A stretch of DNA of 31,469 bases from a virus. Its lineage: Duplodnaviria > Caudoviricetes. Shown in pieces: positions 17,679-26,621 of the stretch. The position numbers and the translations under genes are program-made. The stretch is taken from the IMG/VR virus record IMGVR_UViG_3300017761_002715, positions 1-31,469 of that record. The stretch is one strand, 5' to 3'. A model generated the notes under the pieces. That model saw only the letters and a program-made list of their open reading frames with translations, did no database searches and was not told the origin of the DNA. Numbering within the stretch: position 1 is the first letter of the stretch; each line of letters begins with the position of its first letter.

Positions 17679-18614
17679 ATGAAAAAATTTATTGTAACCA
17701 CAACTATTAACCCCCCAACACTAGCAACCATTAAGTTTGCTGAAATTGCTCAATTACATGATTGGACATTCATTATAGTTGGGGATACAAAAACACCCCA
17801 TACTGACTACACTAAATTAGAATCAATATACCCTAATGTTAAATACCTTTCTCCTAAAGAGCAAGAAAGAGATTATAAAGAGATAAGTGATATTATTGGT
17901 TGGAAGACTATTCAAAGAAGAAACATTGGGTTTGTTGCTGCTTATAAAATGGGTGCTGATATTGTTGCAACTGTTGATGATGATAATATACCTTATGATA
18001 ATTGGGGGCAAAATCTATATGTTGGAAAGACAATAAGTGTAGATTTATATGAACCAGAATTAGATGTGTTTGATCCTTTATCAGTTACCAGAGATAATTA
18101 CATCTGGCACAGGGGGTATCCAATTGAATATCTACAGAAAAGACATAGAGTTGAATATAAGGGGAAGACCAAAAGAAAGGTTCTGGTACAGGCAGATTTG
18201 TGGGATGGGGACCCAGATATTGATGCTATGGCGCGCCTAACTTATAAACCGATAGTAAAATATTCTGATATTACAGAACCATATTGTTCAAATGTAATAT
18301 CCCCATTTAACTCACAAAATACGTTTTTAGCTCGAGAAGTAATACCATTTTATTCTGTACTACCTTTCACGGGAAGAATGGATGATATTTGGGGTGGGTA
18401 TATTCTTCAGCATTATTTTCCGAATAGTGTTATATATGCCCCAGCTAGTGTATATCAGGACAGAAATGTACAAGATTTAGTTACTAACTTAGAAAAAGAA
18501 ATAATAGGGTATAGAAACACTTTACGTTTGTTGGAAAATTTAGCAGATTTTGATAAAGTACTCCCCGAAGAAACATTAGAGTTTTATAATGTTTATAAAT
18601 CAAACTTTGTGTAA
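17679..18614 (+). CDS. STELLO/DUF288-like (GT75/RGP-related) protein
   Basis: IVTTTINPPT, VGDTKTP, RRNIGF, VDDDN, DGDPDIDA, PFNSQNT, RMDDIWG. Confidence 0.75.
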   Translation: MKKFIVTTTINPPTLATIKFAEIAQLHDWTFIIVGDTKTPHTDYTKLESIYPNVKYLSPKEQERDYKEISDIIGWKTIQRRNIGFVAAYKMGADIVATVDDDNIPYDNWGQNLYVGKTISVDLYEPELDVFDPLSVTRDNYIWHRGYPIEYLQKRHRVEYKGKTKRKVLVQADLWDGDPDIDAMARLTYKPIVKYSDITEPYCSNVISPFNSQNTFLAREVIPFYSVLPFTGRMDDIWGGYILQHYFPNSVIYAPASVYQDRNVQDLVTNLEKEIIGYRNTLRLLENLADFDKVLPEETLEFYNVYKSNFV

Positions 18615-18622
18615 AATAATCA

Positions 18623-18650
18623 TTGAAATTTACAGTTCATAATTTAATAT
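18623..18650 (+). promoter_or_regulatory. Sigma70-type promoter TTGAAA-N16-TAATAT
   Basis: -10 ends 6 nt before ATG 18657. Confidence 0.45.
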
Positions 18651-18656
18651 AAAGAT

Positions 18657-19634
18657 ATGCAGAAGACAGCACTAGTATTAGGAGCAGGTGGCTTCATTGG
18701 TAATCACCTTGTTAACAGACTCAAAGGTGAAGGATATTGGGTAAGGGGTGTAGATATCAAAGCACCATATCATCAAGACACAAAAGCAGATGATTTTGTA
18801 TTCGCAGATCTAAGAGACCCACAGAAGGTATCAGTTGTAATGACTTCACCAAATCAAAGAACCTCCAAAGATGGTGGGTTTGATGAATTATATCAATTGG
18901 CTGCAGATATGGGAGGAGCCGGGTATATCTTCACTGGAGAGCATGACGCTGATGTTATGCATAATTCAGCTACAATTAATCTCAATGTTGCTGATCAAGC
19001 AGTTAAGCTTGGTGTAAAGAAAATATTCTATTCTTCTTCTGCTTGTATGTATCCAGAACATAATCAACTTGATCCCGATAATCCAAATTGTGAAGAGTCA
19101 TCTGCATATCCTGCAAATCCAGATTCTGAGTATGGGTGGGAGAAGCTCTTTAGTGAGAGATTATACCTAGCATATAATCGAAATTATGGACTTAATGTCC
19201 GTGTTGCTCGCTTTCATAATATATTTGGCCCAATTGGTACATGGTGTGGTGGTAAAGAAAAGGCCCCAGCAGCAATCTGCCGGAAGGTCCTTGAATCCAC
19301 TGGAGAGATTGAAATTTGGGGGGATGGAAACCAGACAAGATCATTCTTATACATCGATGAATGTATTGAGGGTATTCGAAGACTAATGGAATCTGATTTC
19401 ACTGGCCCTGTTAATATTGGATCTGATGAGATGGTAACAATCAATCAACTAGTTGATATGGCATGCTCCTTTGAAGGTAAAAACATTACAAAGAATCATA
19501 TTGAGGGTCCAACCGGTGTAAGAGGACGAAATTCAGATAATAAGTTAATTCAAGAAAAGATTGGGTGGAAACCAAATTACCCCCTTGAAAAAGGTTTGGA
19601 ACAAACTTATAATTGGATAAAGACACAAATATGA
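18657..19634 (+). CDS. GDP-mannose 3',5'-epimerase-like SDR
   Basis: GAGGFIG, LAADMGGAG, YSSSACMYP, YGWEKL, GGKEKAPAAICRK, GVRGRNSDN. Confidence 0.88.
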   Translation: MQKTALVLGAGGFIGNHLVNRLKGEGYWVRGVDIKAPYHQDTKADDFVFADLRDPQKVSVVMTSPNQRTSKDGGFDELYQLAADMGGAGYIFTGEHDADVMHNSATINLNVADQAVKLGVKKIFYSSSACMYPEHNQLDPDNPNCEESSAYPANPDSEYGWEKLFSERLYLAYNRNYGLNVRVARFHNIFGPIGTWCGGKEKAPAAICRKVLESTGEIEIWGDGNQTRSFLYIDECIEGIRRLMESDFTGPVNIGSDEMVTINQLVDMACSFEGKNITKNHIEGPTGVRGRNSDNKLIQEKIGWKPNYPLEKGLEQTYNWIKTQI

Positions 19635-20212
19635 TAATTAAACAAAAAGAATACGAAGGTTCATTTTTAAAGTCAAGATTTGCATACAAATATTATCGCG
19701 ATAAGGTCAATCCTTATGGTAATATAGTTGCGTTCCGATGTCCAATGAAGGTATCTGATAACTTAATTGACCTTGAAGATTCTCTTACGAACGATTTTAT
19801 TATCAGTGATGATGCAATTAATTTCTGTTGGGAGATTCCTAATTTGTGTCCAATTGGTGCTGTGGCATTTCAAAGACTATTCAATACAAACGTTGCAAAT
19901 ATTCTGTTCAAATACATCCAGAAACCTATTTCGGTCAAAGGAGATGACATTATGGTGATGGATAAATTTGTGGCACCAGACGGTTCCACCCAACAACATG
20001 GAAAATGTTCAGTGTCTATTACATACTCAAAAGATAATGTAGCAATTGGGCACCTTGGAATTAATGTTGATGCTGGAAATGGGGCTCCAAGTTTTGCTTA
20101 CTCAACAAACATGTCAAATGAAAATGTCGGTTTGTTCATGGATGATGTTTGTGGGTTGTTCAATGATATTGTGAAAGACATTTTCAAAGCAACAACGAAG
20201 ATCTCTCTATAA
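19631..20212 (+). CDS. DUF366-like protein (biotin/lipoate ligase-like fold)
   Basis: YEGS.L, IVAFRCPM.V, LIDLED, FQRLF, KGDDI, KCSVSIT, HLGINV. ATG 19631 overlaps the upstream stop (ATGA). Confidence 0.7.
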   Translation: MIIKQKEYEGSFLKSRFAYKYYRDKVNPYGNIVAFRCPMKVSDNLIDLEDSLTNDFIISDDAINFCWEIPNLCPIGAVAFQRLFNTNVANILFKYIQKPISVKGDDIMVMDKFVAPDGSTQQHGKCSVSITYSKDNVAIGHLGINVDAGNGAPSFAYSTNMSNENVGLFMDDVCGLFNDIVKDIFKATTKISL

Positions 20213-20586
20213 TGACTATCTTCTCAATACTCAATTCAATATTATACTCAAAGAAACCTCTTGATGTAAATGTTGATGATGAAAACATATTCAACTTGTA
20301 TATGGTTAACCGGTGGTGCTCCATGCACTCACCGGAGATTAACAATCTGATCAATGATACAACCAACCGTCTTGGGATGGTTCTTGAATCAAAAGAAGAT
20401 CAGGTTAAGTTTCTGACCAATATTCTCCCTAGGTGTCGATTCAAGAGAATTGAATATCTTAAGAAGACAAAAAAAGAAAAACCTGATAAGGATCAAGAAA
20501 CAAGGGACCAATACATCACTCTTATAGCAAAAACTAGAGAGATATCAAAGAGAGAAGTGCTTCAAGCTATCCAAGAAAGTATTTAA
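20212..20586 (+). CDS. Clamp loader small subunit, T4 gp62-like
   Basis: FNLYMVNRWCSM...N..N...Q.KFL...LP...F...YLKK; C-terminal ISKREV. Confidence 0.65.
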   Translation: MTIFSILNSILYSKKPLDVNVDDENIFNLYMVNRWCSMHSPEINNLINDTTNRLGMVLESKEDQVKFLTNILPRCRFKRIEYLKKTKKEKPDKDQETRDQYITLIAKTREISKREVLQAIQESI

Positions 20587-20587
20587 A

Positions 20588-21238
20588 ATGGCTTATCTAA
20601 ACGCAAATATACCTACAATAACATGTTTCATACGTAATGAATTCATGTTCAACCATAAAAAGGGGCATGGTGAATTTACAGCTGCTGATGTACATTCGGT
20701 TGCTTCAATACAAAAGCGTACACCACTATTTGAAGCTTTTCTTGAAAATGGTGTTAATTGGACACGGAGACCAATCCATGCATTTTGTTGGTATAAGGAT
20801 GCAGAATACTTACCAATGACAGAACATGTATATTGGGATTGTTTTTCGTCATATATTGATGTACATGTACGTGAACGGCTAAGCGGTCTTCGTGCAGATT
20901 TGATATCTATTACCGGGGTTAAACGACGGGGTGTATATTTGTTTACATTAGATTGGTCGCATGAAAATCGAAATGTAATTGATACAAATTTTTCTGAAAC
21001 ACCAGAACATAAATGTGGGCATGTATTTAAAATGGATAATGGTAATTATTTTATTTACCCAAACAATAGGATTATATGGAATGATAATGCATGGACACGT
21101 GATAGAATACAAAAGAATCCTGGGTATCAAATAGATATGAACATATATAGTGTTGAAGGAAAAAGTGGGTATGAAACGGACTATTCATATATGACAGAAT
21201 TTAATAATGGTGCCTCAACTAATACAGTTGATAACTAG
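20588..21238 (+). CDS. Conserved phage hypothetical protein
   Basis: YLNANIP, GHGEF, PIHAF, WDCFS, YLFTLDW, SETPEHKC, PNNRIIW: pattern recurrent in aquatic phages; function unknown. Confidence 0.75.
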   Translation: MAYLNANIPTITCFIRNEFMFNHKKGHGEFTAADVHSVASIQKRTPLFEAFLENGVNWTRRPIHAFCWYKDAEYLPMTEHVYWDCFSSYIDVHVRERLSGLRADLISITGVKRRGVYLFTLDWSHENRNVIDTNFSETPEHKCGHVFKMDNGNYFIYPNNRIIWNDNAWTRDRIQKNPGYQIDMNIYSVEGKSGYETDYSYMTEFNNGASTNTVDN

Positions 21239-21256
21239 ATATAGAAGCATTAATAT
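21228..21256 (+). promoter_or_regulatory. Sigma70-type promoter TTGATA-N17-TAATAT
   Basis: -10 ends 5 nt before ATG 21262. Confidence 0.45.
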
Positions 21257-21261
21257 AACAT

Positions 21262-21660
21262 ATGGCTGATATTGACATGCTTGGTCCGGTAACCGTAGGA
21301 CTTGATATAGAACGATACGACAACGCAGAATTTTCATTTGATGATGACTATATCCTCGCTGGTGTTTTTGGTGACATCGTACTAGTAGAGTATAATGACA
21401 CAGACGAATCTGGAGATATGGTCAAGAGAGGGTCATTATTCGTTCCAGTTGCAGCAACCCGTTCACTATGGCGTCGTGGTCGCGTGATTTTAGCTGGCCC
21501 AGATGTCAAACACTGCAAGGTTGGGGATATTGTTATGTTTCCACATGATCGGGGAATTGCTCTTTCTAATGCTAAGATCTTTAATTATGGGGAAGTTAAG
21601 AATGGAAAATTCCTCAACGAACAGCGGTTGTTTGGTGTGTGTGAGAAAATCGAAAAATAA
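21262..21660 (+). CDS. GroES/Cpn10-like co-chaperonin
   Basis: GDIVLVE, GSLFVP mobile loop, GRVILAGPD...KVGDIVMF, FLNEQRLFGV. Confidence 0.8.
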   Translation: MADIDMLGPVTVGLDIERYDNAEFSFDDDYILAGVFGDIVLVEYNDTDESGDMVKRGSLFVPVAATRSLWRRGRVILAGPDVKHCKVGDIVMFPHDRGIALSNAKIFNYGEVKNGKFLNEQRLFGVCEKIEK

Positions 21661-22031
21661 TGATTTTAAAATCACAACTTGATCAACTCCTCCGGGTAAA
21701 GGTCCTTGACGTTCGGTTTACCAGGCGTCTTGGGAAGGATAATCACCCTGGATCGAGAAGAATGTTGTGCACAAAATCTCTCGAGGTATTAAATTCAAAT
21801 AATGGACGGCTTATCTTAAACTATAAGCCACCAACCCAACCACCAAAATATGACCCCCTTCAGGAAAATCTTGTATGTGTGTGGGACATATTTATGCAAG
21901 ACTATAGAATGGTTCCAGTTGAGTCTTGTAACATTATTGAAGCGTTTGAACCAGAACAATTTTGGGAAAAATTCAACACTCAATATCGGACGATGTCTCA
22001 ACGAGATAAAACAGCCTATATGAATTCATGA
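21660..22031 (+). CDS. WYL_2/DUF2693-like Sm/SH3-fold phage protein
   Basis: VRFTRR, RRMLCT, VWDIFMQDYRMVP. Confidence 0.6.
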   Translation: MILKSQLDQLLRVKVLDVRFTRRLGKDNHPGSRRMLCTKSLEVLNSNNGRLILNYKPPTQPPKYDPLQENLVCVWDIFMQDYRMVPVESCNIIEAFEPEQFWEKFNTQYRTMSQRDKTAYMNS

Positions 22032-22369
22032 AAAAGCGCGAGGTAATTGAGAATGTATTAATGGATTTTATTCTTAAAGATGTGGTCTTTAAGCTTGATA
22101 ATAAAATTATCAAACAAGGTTGTCTCAAATTAGTTAACATAAAGCAATTCTTTATAAAATTTAATATTGAATCAGAAGGTGTTGTTCGAGTTTTTGAACT
22201 TCCTTATCCGTTTAAAATAATCAAAACAGAAGACAAATGCATTCTCGATTATACCCTTTCAGCTCTTGCATTAGGTTCAACACACATCAATAACACCTTG
22301 AAGAATTTCAGAATTCCACAAAAACCATTAAAATTCTATAATTCTTCAATTGAGATCTTGAAATCTTGA
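22028..22369 (+). CDS. Hypothetical protein
   Basis: 113 aa, ATGA overlap with the upstream gene. Confidence 0.7.
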   Translation: MKKREVIENVLMDFILKDVVFKLDNKIIKQGCLKLVNIKQFFIKFNIESEGVVRVFELPYPFKIIKTEDKCILDYTLSALALGSTHINNTLKNFRIPQKPLKFYNSSIEILKS

Positions 22370-22385
22370 ATTCATAAGATACAAT
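22358..22385 (+). promoter_or_regulatory. Sigma70-type promoter TTGAAA-N16-TACAAT
   Basis: -10 ends 6 nt before GTG 22392. Confidence 0.5.
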
Positions 22386-22391
22386 CAATTT

Positions 22392-24014
22392 GTGAATCTT
22401 ATTGATTATTTTCCGAAGAAATTCAAACCATTACAGCAACAAGTTGATATCGTTAATGATATTGAAAGGCACTTCAAAGAAGGGAAGAAGTTTGTTGTTG
22501 TAAGTGCACCAACGGGTTCGGGGAAGTCTTTTATTTCAGCAACGCTTGCTAATAAAGCTGGGAAGTGTTCCGATTTTTATAAAAGTCTCGTTGAGTCTTA
22601 TGAAATATACAAACCAGGGACGTTTATTGGATACAAACATGGGGATGAAGTTAAAGAAGAAGACCCATTCGGTTGTTACGTCTTAACTATTACAAAAACA
22701 CTTCAAGATCAATACACAGAACTCTTCGATGAATGTGAAGATCTAAAAGGTAAATCAAACTACCAGTGTAATGTTGATCCCAATTTCTCAGTTGAGACAG
22801 CACCATGTGTCCATTTAAAGTCTCTTAAAAATGATTGTTGGAAAAAGGATATATGTCCTTATTATACACAACGTAACAGAGCAATCACAACGAACTTAGC
22901 TGCTCTAAATTACAGCATGTTCTTCTCTCTTCCGGATGTTGTAAAGAGAAGAAAATATATTGTGTGTGATGAGGCATCTGAACTTGAAGATGTTTTGGTA
23001 AAGCAGTTTACATGTGATATCAACACAAAGGTGTTGGGAGCATCTGGAATTAAAATCCCTCAATTCAATGATGATCATGGTAAGATCCCTGGATGGTTGA
23101 ATAATGTTTCATCCCAGATGACTGAGAAGATTGAAGATTTTAAAGATGAGTTAAAAAGTAAACCACCAAAAACAAGAGAAGGTTCTATCAAACTCAAATT
23201 GGTATATCTTTCAAATCTTCAACAACGTCTACGGACTGTTATTGAAACGTGGGGTGATTGTGAATATCTTTTCGATGTTGAAAAAGACAACATCAAATTC
23301 TATCCCCTTAAGGTTGATAAACTTGCAAATTATCTTTTTGAAAATGGGGATAAAATCATCTTGTTATCAGCTACAATTATTGATCATAAAAACTTTACAA
23401 AGAATCTTGGAATCAAAGACTATGGATATGTTGAAGTTGGTTCAACGTTTGATCCAAAGAATGGTCCCATCTTTTGTTCCACAAGAGTAAAGCTAAACAG
23501 ATTCTCTTTACAAAAATCACTTCCGGTTGTTGCTGATATGATTCAACAAATTTGTGATTCTCATAAAGGTCAAAAAGGAATTATTCACACCCACACAAAT
23601 GAGATTACCCTTTACCTTAAGAGTAAGCTTAGATATGGTAGATACATTTTTAGAGAACCAGGTGTTAACAACGAACAGATTTTGGAACAACATCTTAGTT
23701 CAGATGATGATTCGGTTATTGTATCACCTTCGATGACATTTGGGGTAGATCTAAAAGATGATCTTGCTCGGTTTCAAATTATTGTTAAAGCTCCATACCC
23801 ACCGCTGCTTAACCAACGGGTTAAAAAGCTTACCGAAATGGATCAAAAGTGGTATACAAACAAAATGTTATCACAACTTATCCAAGCATGTGGTCGTGGT
23901 GTGCGATCAAAGGATGATAAATGTGTTACATATATTATTGATGGTAAAATATCGGATGAGATATTGCAAAATAAATCTATACTGCCAAAGTATTTCATTG
24001 ATCGCTTTATGTGA
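22392..24014 (+). CDS. DinG/XPD-family SF2 helicase with Fe-S cysteines
   Basis: Q motif PLQQQ, Walker A APTGSGKS, KGKSNYQC..APC..C....CPY, DEAS, LSAT, GVD, QACGRGVRS. Confidence 0.9.
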   Translation: MNLIDYFPKKFKPLQQQVDIVNDIERHFKEGKKFVVVSAPTGSGKSFISATLANKAGKCSDFYKSLVESYEIYKPGTFIGYKHGDEVKEEDPFGCYVLTITKTLQDQYTELFDECEDLKGKSNYQCNVDPNFSVETAPCVHLKSLKNDCWKKDICPYYTQRNRAITTNLAALNYSMFFSLPDVVKRRKYIVCDEASELEDVLVKQFTCDINTKVLGASGIKIPQFNDDHGKIPGWLNNVSSQMTEKIEDFKDELKSKPPKTREGSIKLKLVYLSNLQQRLRTVIETWGDCEYLFDVEKDNIKFYPLKVDKLANYLFENGDKIILLSATIIDHKNFTKNLGIKDYGYVEVGSTFDPKNGPIFCSTRVKLNRFSLQKSLPVVADMIQQICDSHKGQKGIIHTHTNEITLYLKSKLRYGRYIFREPGVNNEQILEQHLSSDDDSVIVSPSMTFGVDLKDDLARFQIIVKAPYPPLLNQRVKKLTEMDQKWYTNKMLSQLIQACGRGVRSKDDKCVTYIIDGKISDEILQNKSILPKYFIDRFM

Positions 24015-24020
24015 TAAATA
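24013..24020 (+). promoter_or_regulatory. T4-type late promoter motif GATAAATA
   Basis: 5 nt before the in-frame GTG 24026. Confidence 0.6.
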
Positions 24021-24025
24021 ATGTA

Positions 24026-25249
24026 GTGGATAACTACAATTACTATCACGAAATCCAAGATATTTTAAAGCAGTTTGTTTCAGCTTTTGATAACACAATT
24101 ATCAAAAGATTCAATAAGAATAGACAACCACAGGATATTGTTAAGGTCCGGTATCTGAATGCACCAAAAGGTCGCGTTCTTCATGATATCATCTCTCAAG
24201 AACCACATGAGCTAATTCTCCCTGCTGTTGCATTTACTGTAACAAATATCTCAAGAGATGAGTCGAGAGTATTCAATAAACTATCTGGTTATTACCCTCT
24301 TAAGAGCAACACAAGAAAAGATACACAGAAAGTACCGCAACCTATACCAATTAACATTGACGTCTCAATGTCTATAATTGCAAAATTTGAGTTGGATTTG
24401 TATCAAATTATTGGGAACTTTTTAGTTTATTCAAATCCATATATCATTCTAACCTGGAAGCTTCCGCAAGAAGCTGGCCTTGAATATGATGAAGAACTCA
24501 GAACAGAAGTTCTGTGGAACGGACAAATCCCTGTTGAACAACCAACTGATTTAGGAGCAAGTGACCGGTATAAAATAACGGCTGATACGTCTTTTACAAT
24601 TAAGACGTGGTTGTTTAGAGACTTGGGTGAAGATTCAAGTTCAATTTACTTTATCGACGTTGACTTCAACGAGGTATCTAGTATTTCAGATAGCTTATTC
24701 AACTATTCTTCAGCTTCATTACTTTCAGGGGGACCATATTATGGTGATACACCTGGAGTTTCACTATCTGGGTTTCCTCAAATTACTAATGTGTATTATT
24801 CCAAACAGGGAATAAGCTATGAAGTATTTGAAACACAAAATATTTCTCTTTCTACAAACAACAATTTAGTATTGTTGTATGGAAAGAACTTTGATATTGC
24901 AACAACCATTGCACTTAGTTCAAATAATCTCAGTGCATTCACATCAACACAACAGCTTACAAGTGAATATGGAAGGACCATAACTGTTTTTCCACTCTCA
25001 TCATTTACAATACTATCAGATAATGTAATGACCATTGAACTACCACATACACTCAAAAGAGGGTTGTATGATATTTTTGTTCATAATTTCGTTGGGTGGC
25101 AATCGATAGGGGTACACAAAGGTATATACTTTGATACAACAATTACTATTCCACCTTCTGCGGATACAATAATAACATATCTATCTCCAGATAGTTTATT
25201 ATATTACGTATCAACCGATTCGTCTGTGTACTATACTTTCCCAGCTTAA
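24026..25249 (+). CDS. Tail completion/sheath stabiliser protein (T4 gp15-like) with C-terminal Ig-like extension
   Basis: YYHEI..ILKQFVSAFDN..IKR, VRYLNAPK, LPAVAF, PIPINIDVSMSI, QI...F...NP, FTIKTWLF; then PQITNV...LYGKNF...GLYDIFVHNFVGW (IPT/TIG-like). Confidence 0.75.
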   Translation: MDNYNYYHEIQDILKQFVSAFDNTIIKRFNKNRQPQDIVKVRYLNAPKGRVLHDIISQEPHELILPAVAFTVTNISRDESRVFNKLSGYYPLKSNTRKDTQKVPQPIPINIDVSMSIIAKFELDLYQIIGNFLVYSNPYIILTWKLPQEAGLEYDEELRTEVLWNGQIPVEQPTDLGASDRYKITADTSFTIKTWLFRDLGEDSSSIYFIDVDFNEVSSISDSLFNYSSASLLSGGPYYGDTPGVSLSGFPQITNVYYSKQGISYEVFETQNISLSTNNNLVLLYGKNFDIATTIALSSNNLSAFTSTQQLTSEYGRTITVFPLSSFTILSDNVMTIELPHTLKRGLYDIFVHNFVGWQSIGVHKGIYFDTTITIPPSADTIITYLSPDSLLYYVSTDSSVYYTFPA

Positions 25250-25252
25250 ATA
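25245..25252 (+). promoter_or_regulatory. T4-type late promoter motif CTTAAATA
   Basis: Contains the gp15 TAA stop; 6 nt before ATG 25259. Confidence 0.55.
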
Positions 25253-25258
25253 AAATAT

Positions 25259-25702
25259 ATGCCAGATCCATTTCCAGTCTCAAGTTCTATTGATACTTTT
25301 ATGAGATCAACTACTTTATCAATAGCAAAGTCTGCTATTGGTTTGGGTAACGTTGATAACACGTCTGATATGGCAAAACCGGTATCAACAGCTCAACTTT
25401 CTGCGTTTGTTGCTAAACAGAATTTACCCACATATGTCCGTACAACCCTTACAACTGGAGCCAACACCATTACTTCCCCCGGTAGTGCCTCTACCAATGG
25501 TGACTTACGAATATACATGCTCAAGCAACCACTGAGTGGAGCAGCTGGGACAATTACATTTAACCCCATTTTCGTTTTTCCAGATGGATTTATCCCTAAT
25601 GTTTCAACCACAAATAGTAAAACAGATTTAATGGAGGTAACATTTGATTCGGTGGTATCCAAATGGGTGGTAACAAAATTCATTGGGGGGTATTCACTTT
25701 AA
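25259..25702 (+). CDS. Short tail-fibre-like protein
   Basis: Fibre repeat GLGNVDNTSDMAKPVSTAQ; C-terminal Q...G..TITF...FPDG..P..ST....D module. Confidence 0.7.
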   Translation: MPDPFPVSSSIDTFMRSTTLSIAKSAIGLGNVDNTSDMAKPVSTAQLSAFVAKQNLPTYVRTTLTTGANTITSPGSASTNGDLRIYMLKQPLSGAAGTITFNPIFVFPDGFIPNVSTTNSKTDLMEVTFDSVVSKWVVTKFIGGYSL

Positions 25703-26613
25703 TGGCAACAGTAACATGGATTGGATTCCCTGGAGGAGGTGACGGGACATCGTATTCCGATCCCTATAATTGGAATACAACCAATGTTCCGGTATCCGGT
25801 GACGTTGTAATTATCGGCGCGGGGGCTGATGTGGTGGCTTTTGAATACATTGTATTTAACCGGATTAATCTAGCGGGAACTTTAGAAATTAGCAGTGATG
25901 AGGCATCAACCGAAAGTAATATCAATGTTTTGAGTGGTGGAATTTTGAGATTTACCTCCAATAGTGTTTTTGGCGGTGCCGGATCTATTGGGGTAGCTAG
26001 CGGTGGAGTGTGTGAGTTTTCCAGTGGTGGTTATGTGGCGGATACTGCAACAATTTCAATATCTGCAGGTGGTGTGTGTAATTTTAATAACGGGTTTAAT
26101 AATTCTGGATCAATTACAACACGTGGTGTGTGTAATTTTTATAATAGTGGGTCAAACCTTTCTGGATCAATTTCTATCCTGTCGGGTGGTTCTTGTGCGT
26201 TTGGAGGCACGGGTGTTGGTGCCAACACAGCTGGGGTTATTACAGTACAGAGTGGTGGACTTTTAACATGGAGTACTAATGGGGATAATTACGTATCTGG
26301 TTCAGTTATTGTACAAAGCGGTGGTATTTGCAATTTCTTCAACTCAGCTGTAAATAATGGGTCAATTTCTTTTGCAAATGGTGCTGTTGGTGCATTTAAC
26401 TCCTTATCTTCAAACCGCGGGGCAATAACTGTATCCACTGGTGGGTCATGTGTATTTTCAGGGGGTCTACAACGTGGTAATATTTTCGGGTCTGGGGTTA
26501 TTACCTTTCCCACAACAACTGATCTAATGAGACAATTAAATGGGTCAAGTGGTCGAACAGGTACCGCAACTAATACCCAAAGACCAACCAACTTTGGAGG
26601 TGGACAACTTTAA
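25702..26613 (+). CDS. Gly/Ser/Asn-rich repeat protein, predicted beta-helix adhesin
   Basis: TAATG coupling at 25700-25704; N-terminal WIG..GDG.SYSDPYNW...VPVSGDVVII; about ten ~19-23 aa repeats of GSIxxxSGGxCxF. Confidence 0.7.
   Translation: MATVTWIGFPGGGDGTSYSDPYNWNTTNVPVSGDVVIIGAGADVVAFEYIVFNRINLAGTLEISSDEASTESNINVLSGGILRFTSNSVFGGAGSIGVASGGVCEFSSGGYVADTATISISAGGVCNFNNGFNNSGSITTRGVCNFYNSGSNLSGSISILSGGSCAFGGTGVGANTAGVITVQSGGLLTWSTNGDNYVSGSVIVQSGGICNFFNSAVNNGSISFANGAVGAFNSLSSNRGAITVSTGGSCVFSGGLQRGNIFGSGVITFPTTTDLMRQLNGSSGRTGTATNTQRPTNFGGGQL
26069..26139 (+). repeat. 17-nt direct repeat GTGGTGTGTGTAATTTT inside the adhesin gene
   Basis: Copies at 26069-26085 and 26123-26139. TCTGGATCAATT is also repeated at 26104 and 26161. 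These reflect the protein repeat. Confidence 0.8.
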
Positions 26614-26621
26614 CTTTTATT

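Noticed and set aside
9015-19634. Bacterial O-antigen or capsule locus, i.e. the window is host chromosome
   Set aside because: No wzx, wzy, wzz or ABC exporter genes; the island is directly coupled to phage genes and shares their promoter layout.
22392-24014. DinG as part of a type IV CRISPR system
   Set aside because: No csf/cas genes or array nearby.
25702-26613. Asn-codon-rich adhesin as a diversity-generating retroelement target
   Set aside because: No reverse transcriptase and no template/variable repeat pair with adenine-specific mismatches in the window.
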